Assembly: GCA_963847445.1 (NCBI GenBank)
Contig: CAWJZV010000030.1
Location: 1-64,000 of the forward strand
Direction: 5' to 3'
From: an uncultured delta proteobacterium
GTDB lineage: Bacteria > Desulfobacterota > Binatia > UBA9968
Length of the DNA stretch: 64,000 nucleotides
The notes beneath the pieces were generated by a model that worked only from the letters and a program-made list of their open reading frames with translations, searched no databases and was not told the origin of the DNA. Numbering within the stretch: position 1 is the first letter of the stretch; the number at the start of each line of letters is the position of its first letter. Shown one piece after another: positions 10,398-20,827 of this stretch. Both the position numbers and the translations under genes were made by a program.

Positions 10398-11429
10398 CTA
10401 TATCACCGACTGCTCCGGCAAGATCGTCTTCAATACGCGCAGATAATTGCCGCCCAGTATCATCCTGATCTCGTCATCTTTGTAGCCATGCCGTTGCAAG
10501 CCATCGATTAGGTTCGGCAGATCTTCGATCTCTTCGAAGCCTTTGATCAGCGGATCTTTGTGCAGCGGATGATGGCGGTCCTTGAGTGTGCGCGGGCCGT
10601 CGTATTTGACGAAGTCCATGCCCAGCGCGAGATGCTCGATACCGACGAGTTTGATCATGTAGTCCATATGCTTCAGCATATCTTCGATGCCGACCTCGCC
10701 TTCGCCGACTCGTTCGGGCAATGCAAGTATGCCGACCAGGCCGCCCTGCTTGGCGATGGCTTTAATCTGTTCGTCGTCGAGATTGCGCGGGTTCTTGAGC
10801 ATGCCGCAGGCGTTGGCGTGGCTCACCAGCAACGGCGCGGTGGCCGCGTCCAGAGTTTGAAAGAAACCTTCGCGATTCATATGCGACAGATCGATCACCA
10901 TGCCCAAACGGTTGGCTTCCTTGATCACCTGCACGCCGAAGTTGGTCAGGCCGCCGCCGGTGCGGTTTTCCCACACGCCGTCGCCCAACTCGTTGCGAAA
11001 ATTCCACACCGGCTGGATCGAGCGCAGGCCCAAGCGGTAAAAATTGCGCAGGTTCTCGAGGCTGCCGCGCAGCGGCATGCAGCCTTCGAAGTGGAGCAGG
11101 AATTTCACGCTGCCCGGCTGCGGCTTTTCCGGCAGATCGCCGCGCGTCTTGACCATCTGGATCATGCCTTCGGAGCGCGGCGCTTCTTCGAGAAATTGAT
11201 CGATCTGCTCGAGGGCGGTTTCGAGATAGCGGCCGGTGTTCTGCGAGTGCGAATAGGAGTCGCCGCAAATCGCGTAGACGGTCATATTGATGCCATCGCG
11301 AATCAAGCGCGGCGCCACCGCATCGCGGATCGGCGACTCTTCGCCCACCGATTTGCGATAGATTTGTTCGTAAACATCGCGGTGGCCTTCGATCACCAAG
11401 CTGCCCATCAAAAGTTCTTTAGCGTCCAT
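10398..11429 (-). CDS. Membrane dipeptidase family (peptidase M19)
   Basis: IEGHRD, HFEG, IDLSH, VSHANA, RNLDDEQIKAIA, LGMDF motifs. Confidence 0.9.
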   Translation of the reverse strand: MDAKELLMGSLVIEGHRDVYEQIYRKSVGEESPIRDAVAPRLIRDGINMTVYAICGDSYSHSQNTGRYLETALEQIDQFLEEAPRSEGMIQMVKTRGDLPEKPQPGSVKFLLHFEGCMPLRGSLENLRNFYRLGLRSIQPVWNFRNELGDGVWENRTGGGLTNFGVQVIKEANRLGMVIDLSHMNREGFFQTLDAATAPLLVSHANACGMLKNPRNLDDEQIKAIAKQGGLVGILALPERVGEGEVGIEDMLKHMDYMIKLVGIEHLALGMDFVKYDGPRTLKDRHHPLHKDPLIKGFEEIEDLPNLIDGLQRHGYKDDEIRMILGGNYLRVLKTILPEQSVI

Positions 11430-11502
11430 ATTTACCCGCGCTTTCTTGAAGGAATAACTCGTGTTGCGCTACTAATACCTGCTAAACCAGCCACAAGCAA
11501 TA

Positions 11503-13098
11503 ATGTTTCACCGCACAATTCACCATCCCCTGCTCGCCATCCTCGCCATATATTTCATGGCGTTGCCCGGCTGTAAGTCCGCCAATAAAAGCGCTGCCGA
11601 CAACCATTTTCGCGCCAATCTCGGCACCGAACCGCCGAGCCTCGATTGGTCCATCGCCACCGACCATGTTTCGTTCAACGTTATTGCCAATCTCATGGTC
11701 GGCCTCACCGAGTTCGACAAAGAGTTGAAACCGGCGCCGGTGATCGCCAAGTCTTGGGAACTTTCCGACGGCGGCAAGAAGATCGTTTTCAAGCTGCGTG
11801 ACGATGTTCAATGGAGCGACGGCAAAACGGTCCGCGCCCAGGACTTCGAGTATTCATGGAAACGCTTGCTCGATCCCAAGACCGCTTCGCAGTACGCCTA
11901 TATCCTGTTCGACATCGCTAACGCCGCCGAATACGCCCAAGGCAAGCTCAAGGACCCGGCGCAAGTCGGCGTCAAAGCGGCGGACGATCACACCCTGGTC
12001 GTCACGTTGAAACATCCGGCCGCCTACTTTCTCGCCATCACTACTTTTGAAGTCACCTATCCACAGCGCCAGGATATCATCGAAAAGTACGACAACCGCT
12101 GGACCCAGCCCGGCAATATCGTCACCAACGGTCCGTTTCTCTTGGCATCATGGAAGCAGCAGAATGAAATCGAGCTGCGTGGCAACGCCAAGTATTTCCG
12201 CGGCAAACCGGCCATGGACAAAGTGACCCTGTACATGGTCAACGAAAAGACCACGGCGCTGACCATGTACGAGCAGGGCAATTTGGATTTCATGGATGAG
12301 AGTCACAGCATCCCGACTCTCGACAAGCCGCGCTTGGCCAAAATGCCGGAGTATAAACTCGTGCCGCAGTTGCGTGGCGAATATTACGGCTTCGCCGTCG
12401 ACCGCAAACCTTTTGACAATGCCAAACTGCGCCGGGCCTTTGCTCTAGCCATCGACCGAGAGGTTTTTCCAAAAATTCTCCAGGGCGGCAAAACTCCGGC
12501 GACTTCATGGATACCGCCGGGCATGCTGGCGCATAATCCAAAAATCGGTTTGGCCTACAATCCCAACGAAGCGCGCCGGCTTTTGGCGGACGCCGGATAC
12601 CCTGATGGTAAGGGCTTGCCAACCATCCTGCTCGGGTACAACACCCAAGAGGATCACAAGCTGGTTGCTGAGGCGATTCAAGCGATGTGGCAAAAGACGC
12701 TGAACGTGGTGGTCAAGATCGAAAACCAGGAGTGGAAAGTCTATCTCAAAAAGCTTCAGACCGATCCCTTCGTCGTCCATCGCGCCGGTTGGGGAGCCGA
12801 CTATCCCGACCCGGACAACTTCATGAAGCTGTTTACCGCGAACAGCGGCAACAACCATGGTCGCTGGAAGAACGCCAAGTACGACCAACTCCTCGACCAA
12901 GCCGCCAGCGAATCCGACAGCGCGAAACGGACCCAGCTCTACGACGAAGCGCAAAAATTATTGACCGAAACCGACGCCGCCATCGCGCCGCTATTCTGGA
13001 AAGCCGAAGCGACCATGCTCAGTCCCAAATTCACCGGTCTGGAATACAACTCGATGGCGCGAATGGATTTACGAAATGTCAGAGCCGTCAAGAAATGA
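11503..13098 (+). CDS. oppA: Oligopeptide ABC transporter substrate-binding lipoprotein
   Basis: SBP family 5 motifs (FKLRDDVQWSDG, VTNGPF, GWGADYPDPDNF); lipobox-like LPGC. Confidence 0.9.
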   Translation: MFHRTIHHPLLAILAIYFMALPGCKSANKSAADNHFRANLGTEPPSLDWSIATDHVSFNVIANLMVGLTEFDKELKPAPVIAKSWELSDGGKKIVFKLRDDVQWSDGKTVRAQDFEYSWKRLLDPKTASQYAYILFDIANAAEYAQGKLKDPAQVGVKAADDHTLVVTLKHPAAYFLAITTFEVTYPQRQDIIEKYDNRWTQPGNIVTNGPFLLASWKQQNEIELRGNAKYFRGKPAMDKVTLYMVNEKTTALTMYEQGNLDFMDESHSIPTLDKPRLAKMPEYKLVPQLRGEYYGFAVDRKPFDNAKLRRAFALAIDREVFPKILQGGKTPATSWIPPGMLAHNPKIGLAYNPNEARRLLADAGYPDGKGLPTILLGYNTQEDHKLVAEAIQAMWQKTLNVVVKIENQEWKVYLKKLQTDPFVVHRAGWGADYPDPDNFMKLFTANSGNNHGRWKNAKYDQLLDQAASESDSAKRTQLYDEAQKLLTETDAAIAPLFWKAEATMLSPKFTGLEYNSMARMDLRNVRAVKK

Positions 13099-13271
13099 CT
13101 CACCGAAGGTGAGAGGAGATTTCGCCACCGAGGGCATAGTTCGGCTACGCTCATCACGGGCGCCGCACAGAGAAGTAATTGCGAAATGGCCAGGCGGGTT
13201 TGAAACCGGCCGTCTTCCGCTATGGCGCAGAAAAAATTGCCGGCGCGGCAAATATTTTCCATTCTCTGTTT

Positions 13272-13353
13272 CCGTCATGCCGGCGCAGGCCGGCATCCTC
13301 CCCTTCGAATTCACCGGCAGAAACCTGGATGCCCGCGTGTGCTGGAATGACGG
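13272..13353. repeat. Palindromic element family C copy
   Basis: CCGTCATGCCGGCGCAGGCCGGCATCC...CTGGATGCCCGCGTGTGCTGGAATGACGG. Confidence 0.75.
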
Positions 13354-13500
13354 CGGTTTTGCAGCAGCGAGTCTAGTCCGGTGTACAGCGAAATTCCCTC
13401 TGAGAATTTGCCATCCGAGAGCAAAATCATGTTAGGTGCGGAGAGGCTGTGTAACGCTGCCATTTCGATTCAAACAAACACCGAGAGAAAGGTAGAATTC

Positions 13501-13990
13501 ATGGAACTCAGCGAAGACGATGTCTTGCATATTTTGAAGTTAATCGACGAGTCGAAGTTCGATTATTTTCAGCTCGAAGTCGGCGAATTGAAAATCACCG
13601 TCAGCAAAGGCGATCCGATCCCCCTGGGTAACTCCGCGCAGCCGGTAGCGATCAGCGCAGCTCCAGCCGCAGCGCCCGGCGCTTGCGCCCAAACCCGCGC
13701 CAGCTCCCGCCGCTTCGGCAGCCGCGCCAAAAGCCGCTGCGATTCCCGCCGGCCACGTCGCCGTCACGGCACCGATCCTGGGAACTTTCTATGTGGCGCC
13801 CGAACCCGGCGCGCCGCCGTTTGTGACCGTCGGCCAGCAAGTCACGGAAGACACCACCTGCGGACTGATCGAAGTAATGAAAGTCTTCAACAGCGTGCGC
13901 GCTGGAGTGAAGGGCACGGTCGTCGAAGTGATCGCGCCCAACGGCGGCTTCGTCGAGTTCGGCCAGCCCTTGATCATCGTCAAACCGTAA
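13501..13990 (+). CDS. accB: Biotin carboxyl carrier protein (frameshift in Ala/Pro linker)
   Basis: MELSEDDVLHILKLIDES... and IEVMKVFN biotin-attachment motif. Confidence 0.85.
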
Positions 13991-14074
13991 CCGTTATCTA
14001 CGTTTGGGGACGGACTACTTTTCGCATCTGGCGAAGAGCAGGCCTGTCCCCTTTTTCTTGCTTCAGGAGTTTCC

Positions 14075-15442
14075 ATGAGTGTCAGCCGAGTATTGGTCGC
14101 CAACCGCGGCGAGATCGCCGTGCGGGTGATTCGCGCCTGTCAAAGTTTAGGGATCGAAACCGTCGCGGCAGTATCGGACGCCGATCGCGAAAGCATGGCG
14201 GCGAAGATGGCCAATCGCGCCGTCTGCATCGGTCCAGCGAAATCTATTGATAGCTATCTCAAAGTCGAGAACGTCATCGCCGCCGCCCAGGGCACCGGCT
14301 GCGACGCGCTCCACCCCGGCTACGGTTTTCTTTCCGAGCGGGCGGCGTTGGCGCAAGCGTGCGTCGACAACAAAATCATTTTCGTCGGTCCGAGCGCCGA
14401 AAACATCACCATGATGGGCGACAAGCTCGAAGCCCGTAAAGTCGCCCGCAATGCCGGCGTGCCGCTGGTGCCCGGTTCGGATCATGCGCGCAATCCGCAC
14501 GAAGCCGCCCAGCTAGCTAAAGAGATCGGCTATCCCCTGCTGCTCAAAGCCTCCGCCGGCGGCGGCGGGCGCGGTATCAAATTAGTCTGGAACGAGCATG
14601 AGATCGAAGACACCTTTCGCATGGCCGCTGCCGAGGCGCGTGCCGCCTTCGGCAACGACACGCTTTACATGGAACGCTACGTCGGCAACGCGCGCCATAT
14701 CGAAGTGCAGATCCTCGGCGACCAGCATGGCAATGTCATTCATTTAGGCGAGCGCGATTGCTCGCTGCAACGGCGCCATCAGAAGATCGTCGAAGAAGCG
14801 CCGGCTTACGCCGTGCCGGCGGAAGTACGGGGGCAAATCTGCACTGCCGCGGCGATCTTGGCGCGCAGCATCGGCTACCAAAGCGCCGGCACCATCGAGT
14901 TCATCTACGACAACGACACCAGGGCCTATTATTTTCTCGAAATGAACACGCGCATCCAGGTCGAGCACCCGGTCACCGAAATGATCACCGGCGTCGATCT
15001 GGTCGCCCAGCAGCTGCGCATCGCCCGCGGCGAGCCGTTGCCCTACAAGCAGTCGGATATCACTTTCAACGGCCACGCCATCGAATGCCGCATCACCGCC
15101 GAGTCGCCGCAGCATGGCTTTCGCCCCTGCCCCGGCCTGATCTCAAACTGGCAGGGACCGACCGGACCGGGCATACGCCTCGACACCCACTGCTACAGCG
15201 GCTACTTCGTACCGCCCTATTACGATTCACTCTTGGCGAAACTGATCGTCCACGGCAAGAACCGGCAGGAATCGGCCGATGCGACTAACCGGGCGCTAGA
15301 GAATTTTCACGTCGAAGGCATCGATACCTTGATCCCGTTTTTGAAAGTCGTCATCGCCGACGACGACTACCGTAGCGGCAAGGTCAACACCCGCTGGCTG
15401 GAAAAGAAGCTGGAGGAGTACTCCGCGACTATTACAGGGTAA
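14075..15442 (+). CDS. accC: Biotin carboxylase
   Basis: ANRGEIAVR, HPGYGFLSE, ERDCSLQRRHQK, EMNTRIQVEH. Confidence 0.95.
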   Translation: MSVSRVLVANRGEIAVRVIRACQSLGIETVAAVSDADRESMAAKMANRAVCIGPAKSIDSYLKVENVIAAAQGTGCDALHPGYGFLSERAALAQACVDNKIIFVGPSAENITMMGDKLEARKVARNAGVPLVPGSDHARNPHEAAQLAKEIGYPLLLKASAGGGGRGIKLVWNEHEIEDTFRMAAAEARAAFGNDTLYMERYVGNARHIEVQILGDQHGNVIHLGERDCSLQRRHQKIVEEAPAYAVPAEVRGQICTAAAILARSIGYQSAGTIEFIYDNDTRAYYFLEMNTRIQVEHPVTEMITGVDLVAQQLRIARGEPLPYKQSDITFNGHAIECRITAESPQHGFRPCPGLISNWQGPTGPGIRLDTHCYSGYFVPPYYDSLLAKLIVHGKNRQESADATNRALENFHVEGIDTLIPFLKVVIADDDYRSGKVNTRWLEKKLEEYSATITG

Positions 15443-15461
15443 AGAAAGATGGAATTCATGT

Positions 15462-15543
15462 TCACCACGAAGGACACGAAGATCACGAAGTTCGGAGTAT
15501 TAATTGTCCGAAACCTTCGTGTCCTTCGTGAACTTCGTGGTGA
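15462..15543. repeat. 82-bp palindromic element family B (CACGAAG triplets)
   Basis: TCACCACGAAGGACACGAAGATCACGAAGTTCGGA...TCCGAAACCTTCGTGTCCTTCGTGAACTTCGTGGTGA; same-length copy at 58467..58548. Confidence 0.85.
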
Positions 15544-15568
15544 GATGAGATTTATACTCTCCAGCACC

Positions 15569-16487
15569 ATGCTACGCTTGCTGCTGAAACGATGTCTGCA
15601 TGGTCTGCTGGTCCTCTGGGTCGTCGCGACGCTGACGTTTCTCCTGCTGCGCATCGCCCCCGGCGGCCCCTTCGACAGCGAACGCAAACTGCCGCCGGAA
15701 GTGATCGCCAATCTCGAAGCCAAGTACCATCTCGACGAACCGGTGTGGCAGCAGTACCTGCGTTACCTGGGCGGCGTCGTTCAAGGTGACTTGGGGCCGT
15801 CGTACAAATATCTCGATCGCGGCGTCACCGAGATCATCGCCGAAACACTGCCGACTTCCATTGTTCTCGGCGGCTTGGCGATGTTATTCGCTGTCCTCGT
15901 CGCGTTCCCTGCCGGGCTCTGTGCCGCTTATTTTCGCAATTCGTTCATCGATCGCGTCTGTATGTCCATCGCCGCGCTGGGCATCTCGCTGCCCAATTTC
16001 GTCTTGGGCGCGCTGCTGATCTGGGCGGTGGCGCTGCAGCTGGGTTGGTTACAGATCGGCCGCTGGGACGACTGGTCGAGCGTGATCTTGCCGATGATCA
16101 CTCTGGGCGCCGCGCCGACGGCGTTTCTAGCCTCCTTGCTGCGTTCGACTTTGATTGAAACCATGAGCGAGGATTTTGTCCGAACCGCGCGGGCCAAGGG
16201 TTTAAAAGAGTCCATGGTGATCGTCAAGCATGCTCTGCTGCATTCGCTGATTCCGGTCTTGACGGTTATGGGACCGCTCGCCGCAGCGCTGCTGACCGGT
16301 TCCTTCGTCGTCGAGTTCGTTTTCGCCATCCCCGGCATGGGCCGGTTTTTTATCACCGCGGTCACCGATCGCGATTATCCGCTCATCATGGGCGTCACGC
16401 TGGTCTACACGGCGCTGCTGGTAGTGCGCCAACCTGGTCGTCGATCTGCTCTACAGCTTCGTCGATCCGCGCATCCGGGTCGAATAG
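15569..16487 (+). CDS. oppB: Oligopeptide ABC permease (frameshift near 16427 artificially fuses it to oppC)
   Basis: APGGPFD, DFVRTARAKGL, RDYPLIMG; alternative frame gives NLVVDLLYSFVDPRIRVE-stop at 16487. Confidence 0.88.
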
Positions 16488-16492
16488 CGTTC

Positions 16493-17326
16493 ATGGATTC
16501 TGCACGCAAGCCCTTTGACCTCGTCATCGCCTTGAGCGCGCTCTTTGTTGGCCTGGTGTTCGTCGCTGCCTGTCTGGCGCCGTGGATCGCACCCTATGCT
16601 CTCGGCGGCCTGGAAGAAAAACAAATGCTCCAAACCCCAAGCCTCTCCCATTGGATGGGCACCGACGGTCTGGGGCGCGACCTGCTCACGCGCGTGCTCT
16701 ACGGCGCCCGAGTATCGCTCGCGGTCGGACTCGGCACCGCGCTGATCTCGCTCCTGCTCGGCACCAGTTACGGCTTGATCGCCGGATTCAAAGGCGGCAA
16801 TTGGGATCATCTGATGATGCGCATCGTCGATATTTTCTACGGCCTGCCGGACATGCTGATCTTTATCTTGCTGTCGTTACTTTTTGGCCGGAACATCGGC
16901 GGTCTCTTGGTCGCCCTCGGTTTGGTGTCATGGGTTCGTTTCGCGCGCATCGCCCGCGGCCAAGTGTTGCAGACAAAAGAGTTGTTATTCGTCGAAAGCG
17001 CGCGCGCGTTAGGCGCTTCCAGAGGGCGAATATTGCTGCGTCATATCGTGCCGAACATTATCGGTCCGGTTATTGTGACGTTAACCTTCAGTATTCCGTC
17101 GGCGATCCTGGCGGAATCGACGCTCAGCTTCATCGGCATCGGCATCAACGATCCTTACAGCAGTTGGGGCACCAGCTGGGGCACGTTAGCGCAAGACGGT
17201 TACCGCGCCATGCGCAGCTATCCACACATGATCGCCTTCCCCGCCGCGGCGATTTTTCTAACGATTCTCAGCTTCAACACGTTGGGCAACGGCTTACGCG
17301 ACCTGCTCGATCCAAAACAAAAATGA
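16493..17326 (+). CDS. oppC: Oligopeptide ABC permease
   Basis: HWMGTDGLGRD, FVESARALGAS, LGNGLRDLLDPK. Confidence 0.9.
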   Translation: MDSARKPFDLVIALSALFVGLVFVAACLAPWIAPYALGGLEEKQMLQTPSLSHWMGTDGLGRDLLTRVLYGARVSLAVGLGTALISLLLGTSYGLIAGFKGGNWDHLMMRIVDIFYGLPDMLIFILLSLLFGRNIGGLLVALGLVSWVRFARIARGQVLQTKELLFVESARALGASRGRILLRHIVPNIIGPVIVTLTFSIPSAILAESTLSFIGIGINDPYSSWGTSWGTLAQDGYRAMRSYPHMIAFPAAAIFLTILSFNTLGNGLRDLLDPKQK

Positions 17327-17373
17327 CTGCGGTAAATTGCCCGGCTTAAGGCGACGGAATTGCTACCGTTTGT

Positions 17374-17402
17374 TTGACTTAGCGCGATAATCCCGTTATT
17401 AA
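17374..17402 (+). promoter_or_regulatory. Sigma70-like promoter of tRNA-Lys/Glu pair
   Basis: TTGACT-N17-TATTAA upstream of tRNA-Lys. Confidence 0.5.
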
Positions 17403-17430
17403 AGAAGTTCGATTTTTTTCCGCCAGCGAC

Positions 17431-17506
17431 GAGCCGTTAGCTCAGGCGGTAGAGCATCTGCCTTTTAAGCAGAGGGTCGCTGGTTCGAATCCAGCACGGC
17501 TCACCA
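17431..17506 (+). tRNA. tRNA-Lys(TTT)
   Basis: Cloverleaf, anticodon arm TCTGC-CTTTTAA-GCAGA, GTTCGAAT T-loop, CCA end. Confidence 0.97.
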
Positions 17507-17510
17507 GTTC

Positions 17511-17588
17511 GTCCCCGTCGTCTAGCTCGGCCCAGGACACCGGCCTTTCACGCCGATAACACGGGTTCAAATCCCGTCGGGGACGCCA
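17511..17588 (+). tRNA. tRNA-Glu(TTC)
   Basis: Anticodon loop CTTTCAC, GGTTCAAATCC T-arm, CCA end. Confidence 0.97.
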
Positions 17589-17661
17589 AATATTCCGATA
17601 GACAGCACCGCCGCGATAAGGATTCGCTCTCCATCGATTTGATCGTTAGACTTTGAAGGTT

Positions 17662-18231
17662 TCAACCTAATGCCGTAAATTGCATCGGTTCGCCTTCCGG
17701 CCACATCAATGAATAACCCTTGCCGCTCAAAATAATGACATGGGCGCCGGGCCCGTGGCGATGGGCTTTTTTGTAGGTTCCTACGGGAAATTGCGCGATG
17801 TGGCCGCACAACGTGTTATTGGAAAGCTCGAAACAAACCAGCGAGCTGCCGGCGCCTCGTACGCTACGATCCAGCAGCCGAAAGGAACGCGCATCCGATA
17901 TGAAGTTTGTTTCCCACACCATCCCGGGCTGCCAGTTTCCGCTATTGCTAAAATAGTTTTGTTCGCCATTGAAGCGGTCCTTGAAAACGTAATCGCAATT
18001 GAAAATAAAGTCGATGTTGTGCAGCAGATTGATCATGATCGGAGCGCTGGTGACACCAACGAAACGGGCGGGTTCGGATCCGCTGCCGTTAAAGTGCTGG
18101 CGCCACGCGTTGAAGGGAGGAGAGAAAAGCGAGCCCTCCTGCCATTCAAAGGTTTGCTTTTGGCCGCCTTCGGTCCAAACCGTGGTGGCGCCGGGACGTA
18201 TGGAAAAACCCGACGGCCAAACACGGCGCAC
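17662..18231 (-). pseudogene. Cupin-domain protein fragment
   Basis: TFEWQEGSLFSPPFNAWRQHFNGSG and YKKAHRHGPGAHVIILSGKGYS; both ends degenerate. Confidence 0.7.
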
Positions 18232-18720
18232 TTACAACATTGTCACAACCGAAGCGAACGATTAGCCACTAAACCTTTCAAGGTCCTTTGATTCAAAAAC
18301 ACAGATTGCCGCGTGCATGCTTTTAAGGTTGATGGGGTGCGCGCCATTGACTCACGAGACTGTCCATCCCAGACGGTGTCAGAAAAGACCGACGCGAAAC
18401 TCAATCTCGCGACTCGAAACTTCAAATCGTTTGATTCCTGCAATTGCAAAGATTTTCAGACAAGGCCAGGCTCCGGCCTATTTCCTTCACTGGCTCAAAA
18501 TACGGAAATCAGTGCTTGACACTCACCTTGGCTTGGCAGTAACTAGGTTTACTTGCTCAGGCTGGGTCTGGCCTGATCACCTCTGACTAGCAATCGTACG
18601 ACGGCCCCTCCCAGCGATTACCTCTTCTCGTCCGGCAAATAATGATTGTTGGTTTCAACAATCGAAGCGTAATGCTCGCTCTGAGTCTCTGATAATAGTT
18701 AAAGTCAAAAAGGAGTTTAT

Positions 18721-20292
18721 ATGAAAAGCAAATCTATGTTCTTTGCTTCCGTGATCGTTCTCGCACTGACGCTGCCTGCCCTAGCGCAGGAAGACAAGCT
18801 CGGCAAGGTTAGCTTCCCTACTTCTTGCGATCCCAAGGTGCAGGCTCAATTCGAGCGCGGCGTGGCGATGCTGCACTCTTTCTGGTACAGCGCCGGTGAA
18901 AAGATGTTTAACGACGTGCTGGCGCAGGACCCGTCGTGCGCCATCGCCACCTGGGGTATCGCAGCGCTTTTAATGTCCAACCCCCTCGCCGGAGCCGGTT
19001 CTTCGCCTAAGGGCGCGGCGCAGGCGCAAGCAGCAATTGATCAGGGCCGCAAAATCGGCGCTAAGACCCAGCGCGAGCGCGACTACATCGAAGCGGTTGC
19101 AGCCTACTACGAGGATTGGAGCAATCGCTATGAGAACGACCGTCAGAAGTCACGGGCCAAGGCATATGAGGCGCTTGCCGCCCGTTACCCAGAGGACGAC
19201 GAAGCGCAAATCTTTTATGCGCTTTATCTGGCCGGCACGCAGTCACAGGCGGAACAGACCTTTGCCACCTATCTAAAGTCCGCGTCGATCTTGGAAAAAC
19301 AATTCGCTAAGTACCCCGACCACCCAGGCGTGGCGCACTACCTGATCCACAGTTACGACGCTCCGCCCATCGCGCAAAAAGGCCTGCCGGCAGCTCGACG
19401 TTACGCGAGTATTGCACCCGCGGCGCCGCACGCCCTGCACATGCCGTCGCACATATTTACCCGGGTCGGGGCGTGGGCAGATTCGGCGGCGACCAACCAG
19501 CGCTCGGCGGACGCCGCAAAGAAGGGTAACGACAAGGACGAGCAAATGCACGCACTGGACTACATGGTATATGCCTACCTGCAGCTCGCACGTGACAATG
19601 ACGCGCGCCTGGTTATGGAGGAAGCTGCCCATGTATCCGGCTTCGTTCGAAATGCCGGGTCCTATGCGTTCGCGGCGATCCCTGCGCGCTATGCGATTGA
19701 GCGCGGTGACTGGAGCGGAGCGATGAAGCTGCAGCCAATCGCCAACGAATTCCATTACACCGAAGCGTTGACCCGCTATGCGCGCGCTCTCGGAGCTGCG
19801 CGCAGCGGAGACTCCGCGTCAGCCGAAACCGAAGTGGGTCACCTCGCCCGGCTGCGCGACACCTTAAAAACGGCGAAGAACAACTACTGGGCCACCGAAG
19901 TCGAGGTAAGCCGGCTTGCGGCCAGTGCTTGGACAGCTCTCGCGTTGGGCAAAAAAGATGAGGCCGTCAAACTTATGCGAAGCGCGGCGGACATGGAAGA
20001 CAAGAACGAAAAACATATCGTGACCCCGGGACGGATCGTTCCGGCGCGTGAACTTCTCGGGCAAATGCTGCTGGAGCTCAAGCGTCCTGCCGAGGCGCTC
20101 AAAGAGTTCGAGGCGTCGCAGACTCGCGAGCCAAACCGTTTTCACGGATTTGCCGGCGCCGCACAGGCGGCGGCGCAAAACGGAAACTCCGCCAAGGCCA
20201 AGCAGCACTATACCCGGCTCGTTGAACTCGTCGGTAAAGGCGGGCCGCGACCCGAACTCGATCGGGCAAAGGTTTTCCTGGCGCAGCGATGA
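18721..20292 (+). CDS. Secreted TPR-repeat protein with conserved His motifs
   Basis: Signal peptide; FERGVAMLHSFW, PDHPGVAHYLIHSYD, APHALHMPSHIF. Confidence 0.8.
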   Translation: MKSKSMFFASVIVLALTLPALAQEDKLGKVSFPTSCDPKVQAQFERGVAMLHSFWYSAGEKMFNDVLAQDPSCAIATWGIAALLMSNPLAGAGSSPKGAAQAQAAIDQGRKIGAKTQRERDYIEAVAAYYEDWSNRYENDRQKSRAKAYEALAARYPEDDEAQIFYALYLAGTQSQAEQTFATYLKSASILEKQFAKYPDHPGVAHYLIHSYDAPPIAQKGLPAARRYASIAPAAPHALHMPSHIFTRVGAWADSAATNQRSADAAKKGNDKDEQMHALDYMVYAYLQLARDNDARLVMEEAAHVSGFVRNAGSYAFAAIPARYAIERGDWSGAMKLQPIANEFHYTEALTRYARALGAARSGDSASAETEVGHLARLRDTLKTAKNNYWATEVEVSRLAASAWTALALGKKDEAVKLMRSAADMEDKNEKHIVTPGRIVPARELLGQMLLELKRPAEALKEFEASQTREPNRFHGFAGAAQAAAQNGNSAKAKQHYTRLVELVGKGGPRPELDRAKVFLAQR

Positions 20293-20334
20293 GTCTCGGT
20301 ACTGGAGCGTGCCCGCTTGAGAAATGGAATCCAA

Positions 20335-20827
20335 TGATTTCGCGGCGGCGAGCAATGATCATCGCGCTTGCCGCCGCAATCGGCCTTGGCACGGGTTCGC
20401 CTTGCTTTTCGGACCCGGCGGAAACTACTCCTGAAATTTCGGCGCAGGACCCTGATTACGTTGCCGGAGGAAAGCCCTTGAGGCAAAAAACTGGCCCTCC
20501 GCTATTAAGTCATTTTCGTCGGCCGCAGAGCGCAACCCCCGTAACGCTGACATCCAGAATTACCTCGGATATTCTTACCGCAAATCAGGAAAGCTCGATC
20601 TCGCATTCAAGCACTATAATCAAGCTCTCGCGCTAAATCCTCGCCACCGGGGTGCGCATGAATACATCGGCGAGGCTTATCTCCTCAAGGGTGACATCAA
20701 GAGCGCGCAAAAACACCTCGCTGCGCTACGCGAGATCTGTTCGCTACCGTGCGAAGAACTCACGGATCTTGAGCGCGAGATCGCGAAGCACATCAAGAAA
20801 CCAGCCGCGAGCCGTTCACGCCGATAA
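20335..20827 (+). CDS. Small secreted TPR protein (frameshift near 20470)
   Basis: Manual translation NADIQNYLGYSYRKSG...ALALNPRHRGAHEYIGEAYL; stop TAA lies inside the att repeat. Confidence 0.7.

Noticed and set aside
10560-11576. Long antisense ORFs (also 32974..33801, 28574..29335, 30360..31289)
   Set aside because: Shadow frames of real genes, expected with high-GC codon bias
15449-17326. 625-aa OppB-OppC fusion
   Set aside because: The normal OppB C-terminus and stop exist in another frame, and the N-terminal extension is a translated repeat; artefact of an indel
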